From Paraspadella gotoi (Eukaryota > Animalia > Chaetognatha), in contig CM119264.1 of assembly GCA_051294375.1 (NCBI GenBank), forward strand, positions 14,348,682-14,412,681: a stretch of DNA of 64,000 nucleotides, read 5' to 3'. The position numbers and the translations under genes are program-made. Below are positions 42,110 to 55,075 of this stretch, one piece after another (position 1 is the first letter of the stretch; each line of letters begins with the position of its first letter). The notes under the pieces are model-generated. The model was not told where the DNA came from and made no database searches. It saw nothing but the letters and a program-made list of their open reading frames with translations.

Positions 42110-43492
42110 ATTGTTGTTGAATAAGATGACTAATAGTAAATATGTAATATGTATTTAATAAGTATGTAATATGTATGCCATATGTATTTATGTCATGTAA
42201 GTTTACATAGGATCGTTCAGAAAAAATTAAAGACAAAGATAAATCTTCAAATTTCGTGATGAGCGGACAGTTGTGAAGTTGGTTCACCAAATTTACAAAT
42301 TATCCGTTCATTCAATAATCAATTCATCCGTGATTTTTCGATGCCGATCGACGTTCGCCCGCATGAAATTCGAGACGAGACGAATCAAGATTTTCGAGTA
42401 GAATCGATCGCGTTCGCCTCTAATCCTAAACTAATAAGATATTTTCAAACGTTTGGTCCCAATTCCGTCACAACCGACGATATGAGTTTTCCGCAAGACG
42501 ATCGTTGCTGAATCGTATTCGTCACTGTCGTACATCCTGCAATAAATTTCGTCGCCGTTTTCGTCATCGTCGACTTCCGTGATTGTCGGAAATAATGACA
42601 TCATGTTAATTTCTTATACTTAAGGATCAAAAAACTGTCACGATCTTTCGTCACCGCTGAAATCGTGGTATCCGCCCTCGACTCATTCTTTCCCCATCGT
42701 TCATTACTTTCCCCCTCTCCCTCTGGAAATAAAAAAAGAAAAATTCCCCCACGATTCTAATTCAAAGGCGAAAAAGAAAAAAAAAAGAGCAATTGGCGGC
42801 TCTGTTACAAAGAAAAGAAAAAGGCGATTGGCCTCTGCTTTAAATACGAAGCGAAAACGGGACTCGTTTTCGACGCCTTAAACGTCGGGTGGAGACTCAT
42901 TAGGGGGAAAACCCCCAAATCCTTGATGATGGGACAATCAAACGAGGAAGTTGAGGGGGTAGTTGGGGCAGTGGGGTGGGGGGTGAGGTGGGAGGGGGTA
43001 CCAGGGGGGGTGGGAATGAGGCCCACGTTATGGCTTTTTAAAGCAAACGGGACGATTGGCGGAAGCGAGTGGTGATGTCATTATGCGAGTCACATGAGAC
43101 GTTGAGTGAGGGAAGGCGGCTTTGTGAGAGCAAAAACAAGAATCGGTGACATGAAAGAGCTTTTTTTCCGCAAGTTGATGTTGAATTCAAGATAAGAGGA
43201 AATAAGGCAGTTGATGGAAAAGCATATTTTTTTGTGGGTCTTGGGTCGTGTCATCGTATTATCTGACTAAGGCTAAACTGCGATCGGCTCATATTTCATC
43301 CGACAATTTATAAATAGAGATATATATTCATTTTGTCTTTGTCTCTTTTAGACAGTTTATTTCCGTTACGGCAAGAAGCAACGACTCTTGAAAATGATTT
43401 TCATCGAATCCAATTCATAAAAACAATCCCCCCTAATTTCCTTCCTCAAATTTCATCTCAACCCATTTTAAATTCTATATATATTTCCCCTC

Positions 43493-45426
43493 TCATTCTT
43501 TAGTCCCTTCTTTCCCGTTCCCTTCTTCCGCCAGCTCCCCTCCCCTCTTTCCCCCTTTTCCCTTCACCCTTCTCCGCAATCGCTTCCCGAATCCCCCGAA
43601 GGCCGTCCTGAAGCTCCTCGAGCAAATCAGGTAGATGAAGAGATTGAGGCAAGAGTTGAGCACGATGAAGACGTTGGTGAGGATCCGCATGCAGCTGATG
43701 CGTCCTGCCTTGGGATGAGTCAGGAGATAAAAGTAGTCCGTTAAGAATGGAATCTGACAGACGCAATAGACGAGTGCGACCGCGGCCACCAGCTGAAAAA
43801 AAAAAATTGGTTGGAGAAAAGGGCGGTTAACGATCGATCTGGGTCCGATCCACAGCGATCGCCCGTTACCTGCTGAAAGTCGTCGATGGCCGGGTTGCTT
43901 AGCAACGTATCTCGTCTGACTCTGTAGAGGATGAAAGCGGCGAGACATCCCATGATTAGGACGATGATGATTAGATAGACGAGGATGATCAGGGAGAAGG
44001 CGCGGCTGGAGGTGAGGACGGTATAGTAATTATTATAGTATTAATTATAGTATTAAAATATATTTTCGATCGCTCACTCAGATAAAAACCCAACCAAACG
44101 CAGACGTAAAAAAACTCAATACTCGGTCATTCGGATTCAGCTACTACTTACGTGTATCCCCAACCGGCCAAAACCCAATACGCTCCCCACCGGGCGCCCG
44201 TTTGCAGCAGGCCCAAACCCACGCCAAAAATGAGCGCTTCTTTTAAATTCTCGCGAGGCTTCGAGGCGATGGCTCTTTGTGCGCCGCTGATGCTGCGGAC
44301 TGCCGCAGCGCGCTGCAGAGAAGGCGGGTGAGGAAGGAAGAAACGGGTGAGAGAAACCAATCAAAGCAGAGTTTCAGTCAAATCTCACCCTCTTAATTCC
44401 ATTTCGGTTATTTTTTTATTCGCATATATTACTCCTATTTTTTCTTTGTAGTATGAAACCCCGGTAAGGTTTGGTTAAGGTTATGAGTATTTAGTTGTTA
44501 GGGTTAGGTGCAATAAGGTTTAAGGGTATTTAGAGTTAAGGGTAGTTAGGTTAAGGGTAGTAAGTTTTAGGGGTATGAATGTAAAATTTTACCAACTCAC
44601 CTTGTAAGTGATATACAATGTCAGCCATCTGTTGCTCCCAACCGTCAGCACCAAAGAGTAGAACCAAACGGCGTAAATCGTATTGAATGACGCCGGGTAC
44701 GCCGCGGCGTCGATAATGGAGTCGTGAGGTAAGGTCCAGTCGAAGGCGGCGCCGCCGACGAAAGAGGCGGCGACTGTGAGGTCGGAGACGGCAAGGAAGA
44801 GGAGGTGAATTTGACCCTGGGTGAGTTGAGGAGGAGCCTTTGGTCGGTGTGCTGCCGGGTGAGGCTGGGAAACCTGGGGGAAGTCTTTTTTTATTTAAAT
44901 TTAATAAAAAATATACTGGTTTTAAACATTCCGTGTCTTACGATTTAATAACCCATTTCCCTCTCGATATTAATTTCACCTTTCGATCTTGGTGTAGAGA
45001 CTGCAAAGAAATCTTCCGACTTCGTTGCGGTGACGGTTGAGAGACTTTCCGCTGCGGCTGTTGTTGAGCCTGCTGTTGCAGCTGCGATTGCCGCGATTTC
45101 TGTTGCTGCAACGCTGGTTGAGAAACCTTTCGCTCGGGCGGTTGCGACCCGAGCGACGTCTTCCGGTCCGACAGCGGCGTGGACGAGGCGCTGTTGCCCG
45201 ACTTGGATGACTGCTCTTGCTGCTGCCTCTTTTCTTTTTGCTGCTGGAGGATGAGGAGGATGACGAAAGAGTTGAGGAAGAGCGAGGCCCAGGCGATGGT
45301 CGCCGTCGCGGGGAAGCCCATGGCTCCGAGGATCCCGATAGCGTCGGGAGAGATGGTGGGGGAGGTGTGGTTCGATATTGTCGTGGATTCCCAGGCAAAT
45401 GTTGGCGACGCGGTAAAGGCAGACAT
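43493..45426 (-). CDS. Class A (rhodopsin-like) GPCR, divergent peptide/chemosensory-receptor type, 5 exons, 438 aa
   Basis: Exons 45426-44980, 44873-44601, 44312-44152, 44005-43870 and 43792-43493, all GT-AG and in phase. Seven hydrophobic segments: TM1 LFLN, TM2 LAVSD, TM3 end YKRAAAV, TM6 YCVCQIP, TM7 LNSCLNLFIY, then helix 8 SRSFR. The N-terminus has an NHT sequon. Confidence 0.9.
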
Positions 45427-46002
45427 TCTTCGTTTTGTTGTTTTACTTTTTAAATTTTTTTTTTTCTTCTTTTTTTTAAATTTTTATGTTTTTTATCTGT
45501 CTTTGTGTTTCTTTTCGTTTGAAAAAAAAAAGAAGAAAAATCGACAGAAAAAAAGTGAAAACTAAATCAGTCAATTTGCATTCGTAGATTAACTTTTTGT
45601 TCGTTTAAATCGGAAATGAAATCGACGCTTGCGACGCCAGCCGAAAATGAACCCACTAATGTAAAACCAGCGTGACTGACTCTCTCTCTCTCTCTCTCAT
45701 CCACTCCTTATTCTGTCTGCTATTTATTTCCTTCCCGCATGTCAGTACGGATTTATGAATAATTTAATTCAGTGAAAGAATGAATAACCGAAATAATAAA
45801 ATAGATGATTCTTTCCATCAGTCAGTTTTAAATCGATAACTTCCTCAATCCTCACCCAATTCAACCGATTGTTGGGATTTATTGGAATCTTGCAAAGCAC
45901 TTGCATAATTTAGGGAAATGTTCTCTATCAATAATAATAATAATATTTCTTTCTTTCTTTCTCTCCTTTTTTTCGACCTATGTATCTGTCTCCTCATGTC
46001 AG

Positions 46003-46053
<51 letters not shown>

Positions 46054-47754
46054 ATTTTAAAGCTTTTTGTTTATTTCTTTCCCTTATTTCGAGAAAGAGG
46101 GTTAGTGGTAGCCATTAGAGCGTAGTAAAAGTCAAGTATGAAAATAGGCTTTTTTGGAAGCTCAAATAGTTCAGGCGTAAACGACGACGCCAACAAAGAC
46201 GACGACGAATTTAATTTTGATTGATTTTTATTTTTATTTTAATTTTGATTGAAGTTTTGAATTCCTCGTCAAAAGTTGATTAAAGAAAAAAAACTATATT
46301 TAATATATAAAATTTTAATTTTCATCTTAAAATTTATATTTTTGTGATATTTGACTAACTTAAATAAAGAATTTTTAAAAAAAGAATCATATTTCTTTTT
46401 ATCAACTTTTCATGACGAATCCAAATCTGCAAAAAAGTGATAAAAACTATTTTGAAACTTTAACATTTATAAATATGGCCTACTGCGTAAATTGTAAAAT
46501 TTAAAAGGATTTTTTGTATACATAAATGTTCATGAGGACGAAGTTGTTTATTACTCAATTAAAGTTAAATTTAAAAATTTTACATACAAGAATTATACTT
46601 TGTGGAGACAACTTTTTATGAAAAAAATTTTGGGCCCTTCTTATCTAGAAATGAATATTAAAAAAATAATTACTAGGGTATAGAGACATATAAGAATTTT
46701 TTTTTCCATTGAAAGTTACTTAAAAATGTATAAATTTTCGTTTGCGCTGTACTCACTCTTAATTTTTAACTAAACCCATTGAGTGGGGCTACCCCTATGA
46801 GTGGTTATTTATTTTTCCGGTCGGATTATGTGGGAGCGGATGTCATAAAAAGAGCATTATGACCAAATCGAATCAAATCCGAACGCCAATTAATTAGCTT
46901 CGGTCAACAAGAAAAAGGACTTATTTAAAAATATTAAAACAAATTCCTTTGTTTCCATATTCTTACTAGATGGGACTTAAAATAATATACCCGATATTTA
47001 ACAAATTTCTGATCTCGAGATTTGATTGCGTCCCATCGACTAACAATGTATGAGCAAAAGTTTGTGCTGTTTACTACTTTCGTCAGTCTTAAAGTATCTA
47101 AAAATTGTAATGTCTATTCAATATTCAATTATTCATACGTCGCCAGTACTTTCTTCGATATCCAATACGGTATTAAAAATTGTAGGAGAAACTCGTAAAT
47201 GGCGGCAGCTTCAAATGCAATTAAATCCAATAAGTCGCTCAGCGAGGAAATCGCGCAAATCGAGTTTGACTCCCGATAATCTCGTGAATTTAACAGGGGT
47301 TCTTAACTGCGCAGATTTTTCTCTTTCTAAAATTGTTGTATTTAATTCATACCAGAGTTATAATTTTTTGTTTCATTTTTTTATGAGCTGTGCGCTTCCT
47401 CTCAGCAGCAAATATGAGAGGAAGACAGAAGTTTTTGAAGCGCACAACAAAGAAAAAATTAAACTCTGGTATACAAAATCTGATAAATTACAACAATTTT
47501 ACAATATACAAACTACCAGAATCATGACTCAAAATTTGGTTAACTTTCTCTTAGTCCGATTTTTTTTTTAAAAATGATTCATCTTAGTCCGCACTTGATA
47601 ATTAACTAACTAGAACTATATTCGCCAAAAAATATACATTATTTAGTGAAAACTACCTTTTATCATTTTACGTTTTACCGACCCCTGAAAAAAAAAGATT
47701 TTCTTTCCTGCTCCGTGGGGTTTGACAGAAAAAAAAATTCATTCATTGCGAAAA

Positions 47755-49178
47755 ATGTTTCTTTTAGCGCCAGCTCTTCTGTACATCTTCGCGCTTAGCC
47801 TTCGCAGCTGCGAGGGTTCGTTATTCATTGTTTTTCTCTAGTTATTGTTATTGTTTACAAAGCGATATCTTGTTTGTGACGTTTTAATAGACCTCCTCAT
47901 TTTTCACGGACGTAGGTTGGTGCGTGCATGGCGAAGTGAAGCCGTTATCCGAAGTGAGCGCTTCTCGTGCGGACGACACGTGCAACACTTGCGAGTGTTA
48001 TCTTGATGCTTGGGATTGTACGTACCATACATGCGCTACAGGTTAGAACATCAAATATGATATTAAAATATTTTCAACGTCTCCGGGAAATATTTATCCA
48101 AGGAAGTCATAGGACTTGGTTATTAATTATTTTTAACGGGTTTTCTTTTTTAAATTCTTTTATTTTATTTGTGGGAAGATTGGAAGACGGCCACGCCTTG
48201 TAACAGGCAGAATTGAACCCGCATGGAGAGATCTCACGATTTAAAATAGACCCCCATGTCATTTGAACTTGACTTTTGCTCTTTGATAAAATTGAATGAT
48301 AATTTTAAGACGCAAGTGAGAGAGAAAATTCTATTTAAAGTTCATTATCTCTATACATTTAACATAATTTCTCTGTTTCCAGGTGAAAAGTTTGACGAAA
48401 TCGGAACCGTCGGTGATTCACTGTACAAACTCGGCAACTCCAAACTTCATTGGGGTTCTGCGAAAAGTGATTGCGAAAAAGAAAATGGTAAGGCGTATTA
48501 TAAAACTTAAATTCCTAATTTTTTTTTGCTTCCTTTTAATCTCTTTAAATGTGCAACAAAGGCAATCGGATTTTCTTAAAAGTGGCTTAAATCATTTTTC
48601 TTCTTAAGTTAAGGTGTCATGTGTGACAATTCATGTGTTAATCACTTTTGAGTCGTTAAGGTGCAAACTATGACATCTTTTCGCAAGTGACGTAATTCGA
48701 TATGTTTTTCTAGTTAACTTAGAGATAGTAAGTGATCACTGAATGACTAGCGTGACATCGATCGATATCACAGGACATCTGGCGGTCATGAATTCGCCGG
48801 AGGAGTGGACAGAGTTGTTCGCGCTTCTCAAGGCCAAAGGCAAGAACGACGATTTTTGGTTGGGAGCCAAAGCCAAAAGTAAGAAGAAACAACGACTCCA
48901 TGTTAACCCGGATTCCTTAAACAAACTTACCTTTCCCGACCCTTCTCCATCCCTTCCCAGCCTCTGGGTACGCCGGCCCCTGGGCCTGGATAGACGGCAC
49001 GACCCTCTCCGTCAAAGATCCTCGTTGGGACAACTGGGGCCAACCGAACGACAACGGCGCCGCCTGCTTGTTCACCGCTGCTTGGCGATCCAATCCCAAC
49101 AACTGGTCCGACGGCGCTTGCCGTTTCACTCAGCAATACATTTGCGAATTTCCCATTGAAGATTCTGTCTCTCGCTGA
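47755..49178 (+). CDS. Secreted C-type lectin with an N-terminal 6-Cys pacifastin/VWC-like module, 5 exons, 204 aa
   Basis: Exons 47755-47815, 47916-48041, 48383-48487, 48774-48878 and 48961-49178, all introns phase 1 and GT-AG. Signal peptide MFLLAPALLYIFALSLRSCEG. Module C-x19-CNTCECYLDAWDCTYHTC. CTLD motifs W..A...C....GHLA, FWLG, WAWIDGT, WGQPN, C, WSDGAC, YICE. Confidence 0.92.
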
Positions 49179-49980
49179 GATTGCGTTGAAATAATTTTCG
49201 CAACAGGAAACTTTGAACTTTGACCAGAAGGTCGTTCATGAGACAGAAACCGTTTTTTTTTATTGGTCAGTTGGTTTTTTGGATTTTTTTTTTAATATTC
49301 TGATTCTCGCGTGATTCTCGTTCTGACAAAAAGAGCGTCTCAGGATTATAAATTATTCATTCCAAATAACTGATATACAAAATATAACACGAGTAATATT
49401 TTATTTCTGTTCTTTAATAGAGAGCCACAAAAAGGGCAGAGTCGAGAAATCGTGAAGAAGGCTTCTTTATTTTTTAAAGATGGCACCTGTGTAATAATCA
49501 TCGCAATAATTCTTTTGTGTGATATATAAATAGCATTAAAAAATGAATTTACTGATTTAAAAAAAAAACAAACCTGTTAGTGATCTCTCACGCCTTCTTC
49601 CAACATCAATCATCTTGTCCTCGTGTGTTGACACCATTCACGTGCGCTCTGGACTCAATCTTTCACTTTCACTCAAACTTGTCATCGAACTGTATTCATT
49701 GAGTGCGAACGTAAAGGAGGGGAGGAAGGGAGAGCGAGAGAGAGAGAAAGAGAGCGTAATCCCTTACTCGGATATATGCGTAATATAATATTGTACAATT
49801 TAAATACAATTTTTCTGCCCTTGCCATTAATTTGCTGGGAAAACAAATGGAATTAAGGAGCAGAAATCAACTGATTTGTAAAACGAATCGAGACGAAAGA
49901 AAAAAAGTTCCATTGCCACCACGAGGCTCATTTCGCTTGACAAGAACAAAAAAAATTATCATAATCGTCCCTAGCGAGCG

Positions 49981-50059
<79 letters not shown>

Positions 50060-50895
50060 TCTCTCCTCTTCTCTCTCCTCTCTCTCTCCACAGACAGTGA
50101 TTTGTGGCGTCTCCCTTAGAACAGTTCTCTTCTCCTCAATACCGAAACACAAAAGGAACGAAGGGAAAAAAAAAGTACAGCGTTTTTCTTGATTTACATA
50201 AACTACGTCTTTGCAGAGAAAGAAAGGGAGAAAGAGAAAAGAAGATAGAGGGGGGGAAAAAACCGTCTCTTTTTTCAGGCTTCTTGTTGAAAAACAATCA
50301 CGAGGAAACGAGCCAAACTGAAAAAAGAGCATGTTTTTTTGTTTTGTTTTTTTTTTTTTTGCAAAATGTTAAAGTAAAAATAATTCATCATCATCATCTG
50401 CATATACATCTTATTTATTTTTCAGTTCCCAGTTTTTTGTTTTCTTTAAATTTTTTTTTTTTCTGTTTTTCTTTTTTCAAGCTTTTAAAGCTCGAGTGAG
50501 TTTTCAATTCTACGCCTTACCCCCCCCCCATCGCCAGTCTTTTCAATTACCTTCTGGCGGATTCTCTTAATTGGTTCGTCTCCTCGACGTTTGTTGCTTG
50601 GAATTGAGTTGTACTTTTCTCGAACCTAATTTCTTCTTGAAACTCGTTTTACCGTCGACGTAGTATCTCTTTTCTCCCGTCTTTAATTCCTCTCATTATA
50701 TCTCCTTTTTTATACTTTTTTTTATTTACATACGCTCAGACTCTTCTTTGTCCCGTTTCGCTCGATATTAGATTTCGTTTTGCTTTCTCCATGTTTTTCT
50801 CCGTATTTTCGAATGGCGGAAGTATCTTTTTTTTTTTCTGTAGTTCCATTTGTTTACAAACCCGTTGTCTTTAATTCAATTCTTTACCCACCCTT

Positions 50896-51169
50896 TCCCT
50901 TCATTTCCTGCCTTTCAAGAAATTATGAGCACAAATCGAAATTTCCAACTTCTTTTCCCTCCTCTACTTCTTCTTTCTTTTCTTTTTTCCTCCCCTCCCC
51001 ATCTTTCTCTCTCTCTCTCTTTTCCTTTTACATCTCTCTTTCCTTTCTCCTTAATGGTCCGAGAAAACATCTCCATCGAAACCATTCGATTCCATCATGA
51101 CATTTTCTCGTATCGTTTTATTGCGATTTCTCGTCACTTCTTTCCCTCCGTCTCTTGTTGTTGTTGTTT

Positions 51170-51203
<34 letters not shown>

Positions 51204-51961
51204 CTTTCCGGTCGTGGATATAATCGTCTCAAAGCCATCAAAGTTCAACTTGTTATCGTTACTGTTGTGTTTTTTTTTTTGGTAAAAAGATATCTTAACT
51301 TTAACTGTTATATATGGACGCAGCAAAAATGATTATATATTCGTTTGGTCTTAGCCTGGATTTGTGTAACAGCCTCGAACGCATGACTTCTGAGCCCGGC
51401 TGTCGCGACATTCAGTCGCCGACAAACATCGTCTTTCCAGTCGTCGTCGTTGTCGTCTTCACCATCGACGTCGTCATCGTCGATGAGAGTCAACGGCTTC
51501 TGTTTTGGTTCGTGATTTTAAAACGGTCCCTCGTGACATTTAGTTATTATAACATTTATTTTATTTCTCCCGGAAGAACAACCAAAAAAAAAAAAAGCCG
51601 GAAAATCCTCTCCCCCAAATATCTTTGTACTATGTGTCATTTCTTTTTTGTTATCACCAATCTGTCACTTGACTTTGACAACTCGACGTTCAAGAAAAAC
51701 ACAGGACACTTGAAATTAATGTTCTCTTTTTTCCCATTTTTTGCGTAACGCAAAGGTTTATTTTGCTCAAGGTTGAAAAATGCGTTTTAACGGTTTAGTG
51801 CGGCATACTTTTTGAGGGCGGCCTTGGGCTGTTACCTCTTCGTAACAAAACTAAGATTCCATCTCGAAAGAGAGAGAGATTTACTAGTTTTAAAAAATTG
51901 ACAATTCCTATTTGTCATCCGTGTAGTGGTATCAATGATGAAAAAAAGATTTGCTGCTGCA

Positions 51962-52017
<56 letters not shown>

Positions 52018-52535
52018 TTCTCTCTCTCTCTCTTCCCTTTCCTTTTTTTCATCTTATGCCGAGAGGTATGCGTGATTTCCCTAAAGCGTAATGCTTAATG
52101 GTTTTTGTTTAAGACCATTATCTTCTCTAGCGACTTCCTGCGGATAGGAAGGACCGTGGATCCAGAAAGCGTGAATCCCTCAATCCGTCGATCAATCCAT
52201 TCATCGATTTCCCTATCTATTTCCCTATCTATTTTCCTATCTCGAGGAGATCAAAGGTGTTTCTTTCTGTCAACATTCGCGTTTTTATCTCCTATTCGGC
52301 TTCAAAATCAAGGCATAAAAGGAATCGGGCCTCTCATCCTCCCACGAAGCTTCAAGATGCCGTAATGCCGTTCGATGCCCTCAACCTCTCAAAAGCTCGT
52401 TCTTTGTTTCCGCCTCCTTCCGCCTCTAATATTCTCAAGAGTAAAGAAAATGTTTTCCCCTAAAAAGGTTTTTGTTTTCAAAAGTGCGTTAAAGAGATGT
52501 GGGCGAAACTGACCGACAGAGTCTCGGTGGGTGGG

Positions 52536-52596
<61 letters not shown>

Positions 52597-53466
52597 GAAA
52601 CCTGGCGTTCATCAATCGGTGCTACCTTATTCTAACCCCTTGACAACGACTAACAAATGATCAGTGTTTACGTTACGACGCCAAGTCTCCCGCCTTTATA
52701 TATATGTTAAAAAGTTAAAGCAAACCCTATCAGCATCAGTCAACGACACTTCTCTTTTATATTTTTTATTCTTTTCCGCGAAAAATTAAAAAACAAGAAC
52801 GAAAATTTCAATATGTGTTTCTTATCAAGTTTATTTCCCTTCCACACGCGCTGCATTGGGTTTCGTCTTGAATCTTTTAGTTTTCTTTAAAACAAAAGGT
52901 AGCGCTAGCAGTCATTTAGATTGTGTTTCCATCCTGACTTACACAATGACTTTTTCCTGACCGAAAAGTGACTTATAGAGTTGCTCCGCGAGTACTTCGC
53001 AGTGCAACAAAAAAACAGAGGTTAGAAAAAGACTGACATCATTTATACCAAATGAGTGTTAACTATACGTAAGATAGAGACCTAACTCATTTATCCGGTA
53101 GCATAATAATACCATGCTTCACCCCAATAACCATGAGTCACCATAATTATTACATGTCATAATCACTTCAGCTGATTACGTTTAATCAATTTTCATCAAT
53201 TCTATACAATCAACTCCTATGGTTAGAGTTTTATCCTCACACATATTCTTTCTGTCTTTGCTTCAACAGCGTGAGAATTTCCCTCCGAACGCCACCCATT
53301 TTCACCTCATCCGCGTCCCTCTTTCTCCTTTTCCCACCCATTCGTCTCAATCTGTTTCCAATCAAAATTTTAGGAACAATAAACCCGAGGGTTTTGAAAC
53401 AAAAAAAAAGACAAATACGCTCCTGTTTCGCCGCGCGACGAAACACCGATGACGATAACCACAAAC

Positions 53467-53501
<35 letters not shown>

Positions 53502-53595
53502 AACTAATAATACATCAATGACAACTGCGATCCTCACCATTCGATCTTGAGGTTTATTCGAATGATAATGGAACTTTGTAATGAGAAGTTTGATT
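50896..53595. repeat. Segment duplicated (same orientation) at ~60937-64000
   Basis: Colinear match from TCCCTT(T)CATTTCCTGCC through the (GTT)n, (CT)n, (AG)n and (GAC)n tracts to the window end. The second copy has an extra ~290 bp at ~62686-62975. Confidence 0.92.
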
Positions 53596-54469
53596 TTCTA
53601 ATAGAGAGTCCACAGTTAAAAATATTTTTTGTTTCGCTGGAAATGAGTAGAAATTGGAATCATTTTCGAGAACATTAGACCAAAAAAGGAAATCGTAAAT
53701 CCGCGCATTAAAGAAATCACGCTCTAAAAATTACAAAATTTTTCCTCGCGCGTCGGAGTTCCATTGGTTTCTATTCTCTGAGGAGGTTTGGGATTAGGCA
53801 GACTAAAATTAGAAACGCCACGAAATTTGAACCTATTTTTCTTCCTTTCTTACTGAAATAAACTTAATAAAAAAGTTATATTATAACTTTAATTCACTCT
53901 CGCTGCTTTCCCAGTTTCCCTCATTCCTATTTAGTGACCTCTCCTTATTTTCCATCCTCGCCTAAAATCTTAACCCTCTTCTTTCACCATTTCCTTTCCG
54001 AGTTCCCGCCCTCTTACGATTTCAAATCCCCAAACTTGCAATTTGAAAATAAAAAAAAAGATCATCCAGATTTTCAATTCTTACGGTTTCATTTTTTTTT
54101 TTGTATAAAAGTGTAAAGAAATGAATGGAACGAATAATTTTTTTTTATCGCGCAAAAGAAATATAAAATTTTTTTAAAAGAAAATTACGCGGATAAAGAA
54201 ATAAAGGGGGAAAAAAAGAGTTCTTCGGTTGGGAATTGGCGTCGTTTCCTCCCTGCGTTCTTTTGTTTGGGAGAAAATAGAAGCTCGAAACTCGAAAACA
54301 AACGTGACCTTCAAATTGAAAAGGAAAATTCATAAAGAGACAAAAATGAGGGAGGAAGAGAAAAAAGAGGGATGAAAGGGAGGAGGAAGAAAATGAGGGA
54401 TGAAAGGAATTAGTTTCGGAGAGAACGATGGATCAAAATTTTAAAAAACTAGAAAAAGGCAAAGCTCCA

Positions 54470-55075
54470 AGATAGATAGGAAAAGATAGATAGATAGATA
54501 GAATAGATAGATAGATAGATAGATTAGATAGCATAGATAGATTAGATAGATAGATAGAAGATAGATAGATTAGATTTGATTGATTGATGATCGGTCCGAA
54601 ATGTGAATGATAAGATTTATTGGGTTATTGTAAATAAGGTTCAATTTTAAGAAATTGGCCTCTATTGTATAATACAATTAAGCCTGGTAATTAGATAAGT
54701 TAATAATTAAAGCCTGAAAAAGGTTGTGAATGCAACGGTAATTTTGGAGGTTGTCGTCGTTTCGTCGTTGTTTTTACCCATCGCTGCTTGTCAACCTTCG
54801 TCTCAAGGTTCTCGGAGCGACAAAAGGACGTTAACGCCAAGTTGACGGTAACCGATGGGGAAAATAATCGAAATGATGATTAACAACCTCGATGTCGGGT
54901 CATACAGGATAATTTTAAAAATTTTGATTGCTGTTTCTTTGAACGGTGATGATGTTTTTGTGCAAGTGATTGTGGTTTCTCAAAGAGATGTTTCTATGAT
55001 CAAAGAGGTGTTTCTTTGAAGGAGATGATGCTTTTGTGCAGGTTATTGTGTTTCTGAAGGGCGATGTTTTTGTAA
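54470..55075. repeat. (GATA)n tract and following segment duplicated at ~59622-60935, including a ~72-bp minisatellite
   Basis: Shared anchors: CCGAAATGTGAATGATA (54596/59987) and CGTTAACGCCAAG (54829/60374). The unit GGTGATGATGTTTTGTGC..GTG..TGTGTTTCT.AGGGAGATGTTTCTATGACAAAGAGGTGTTTCTT recurs at 60741, 60813 and ~60886. Confidence 0.85.

Noticed and set aside
47050-47571. 173-aa ORF upstream of the lectin
   Set aside because: AT-rich, with no motif, splice support or coding-like composition.
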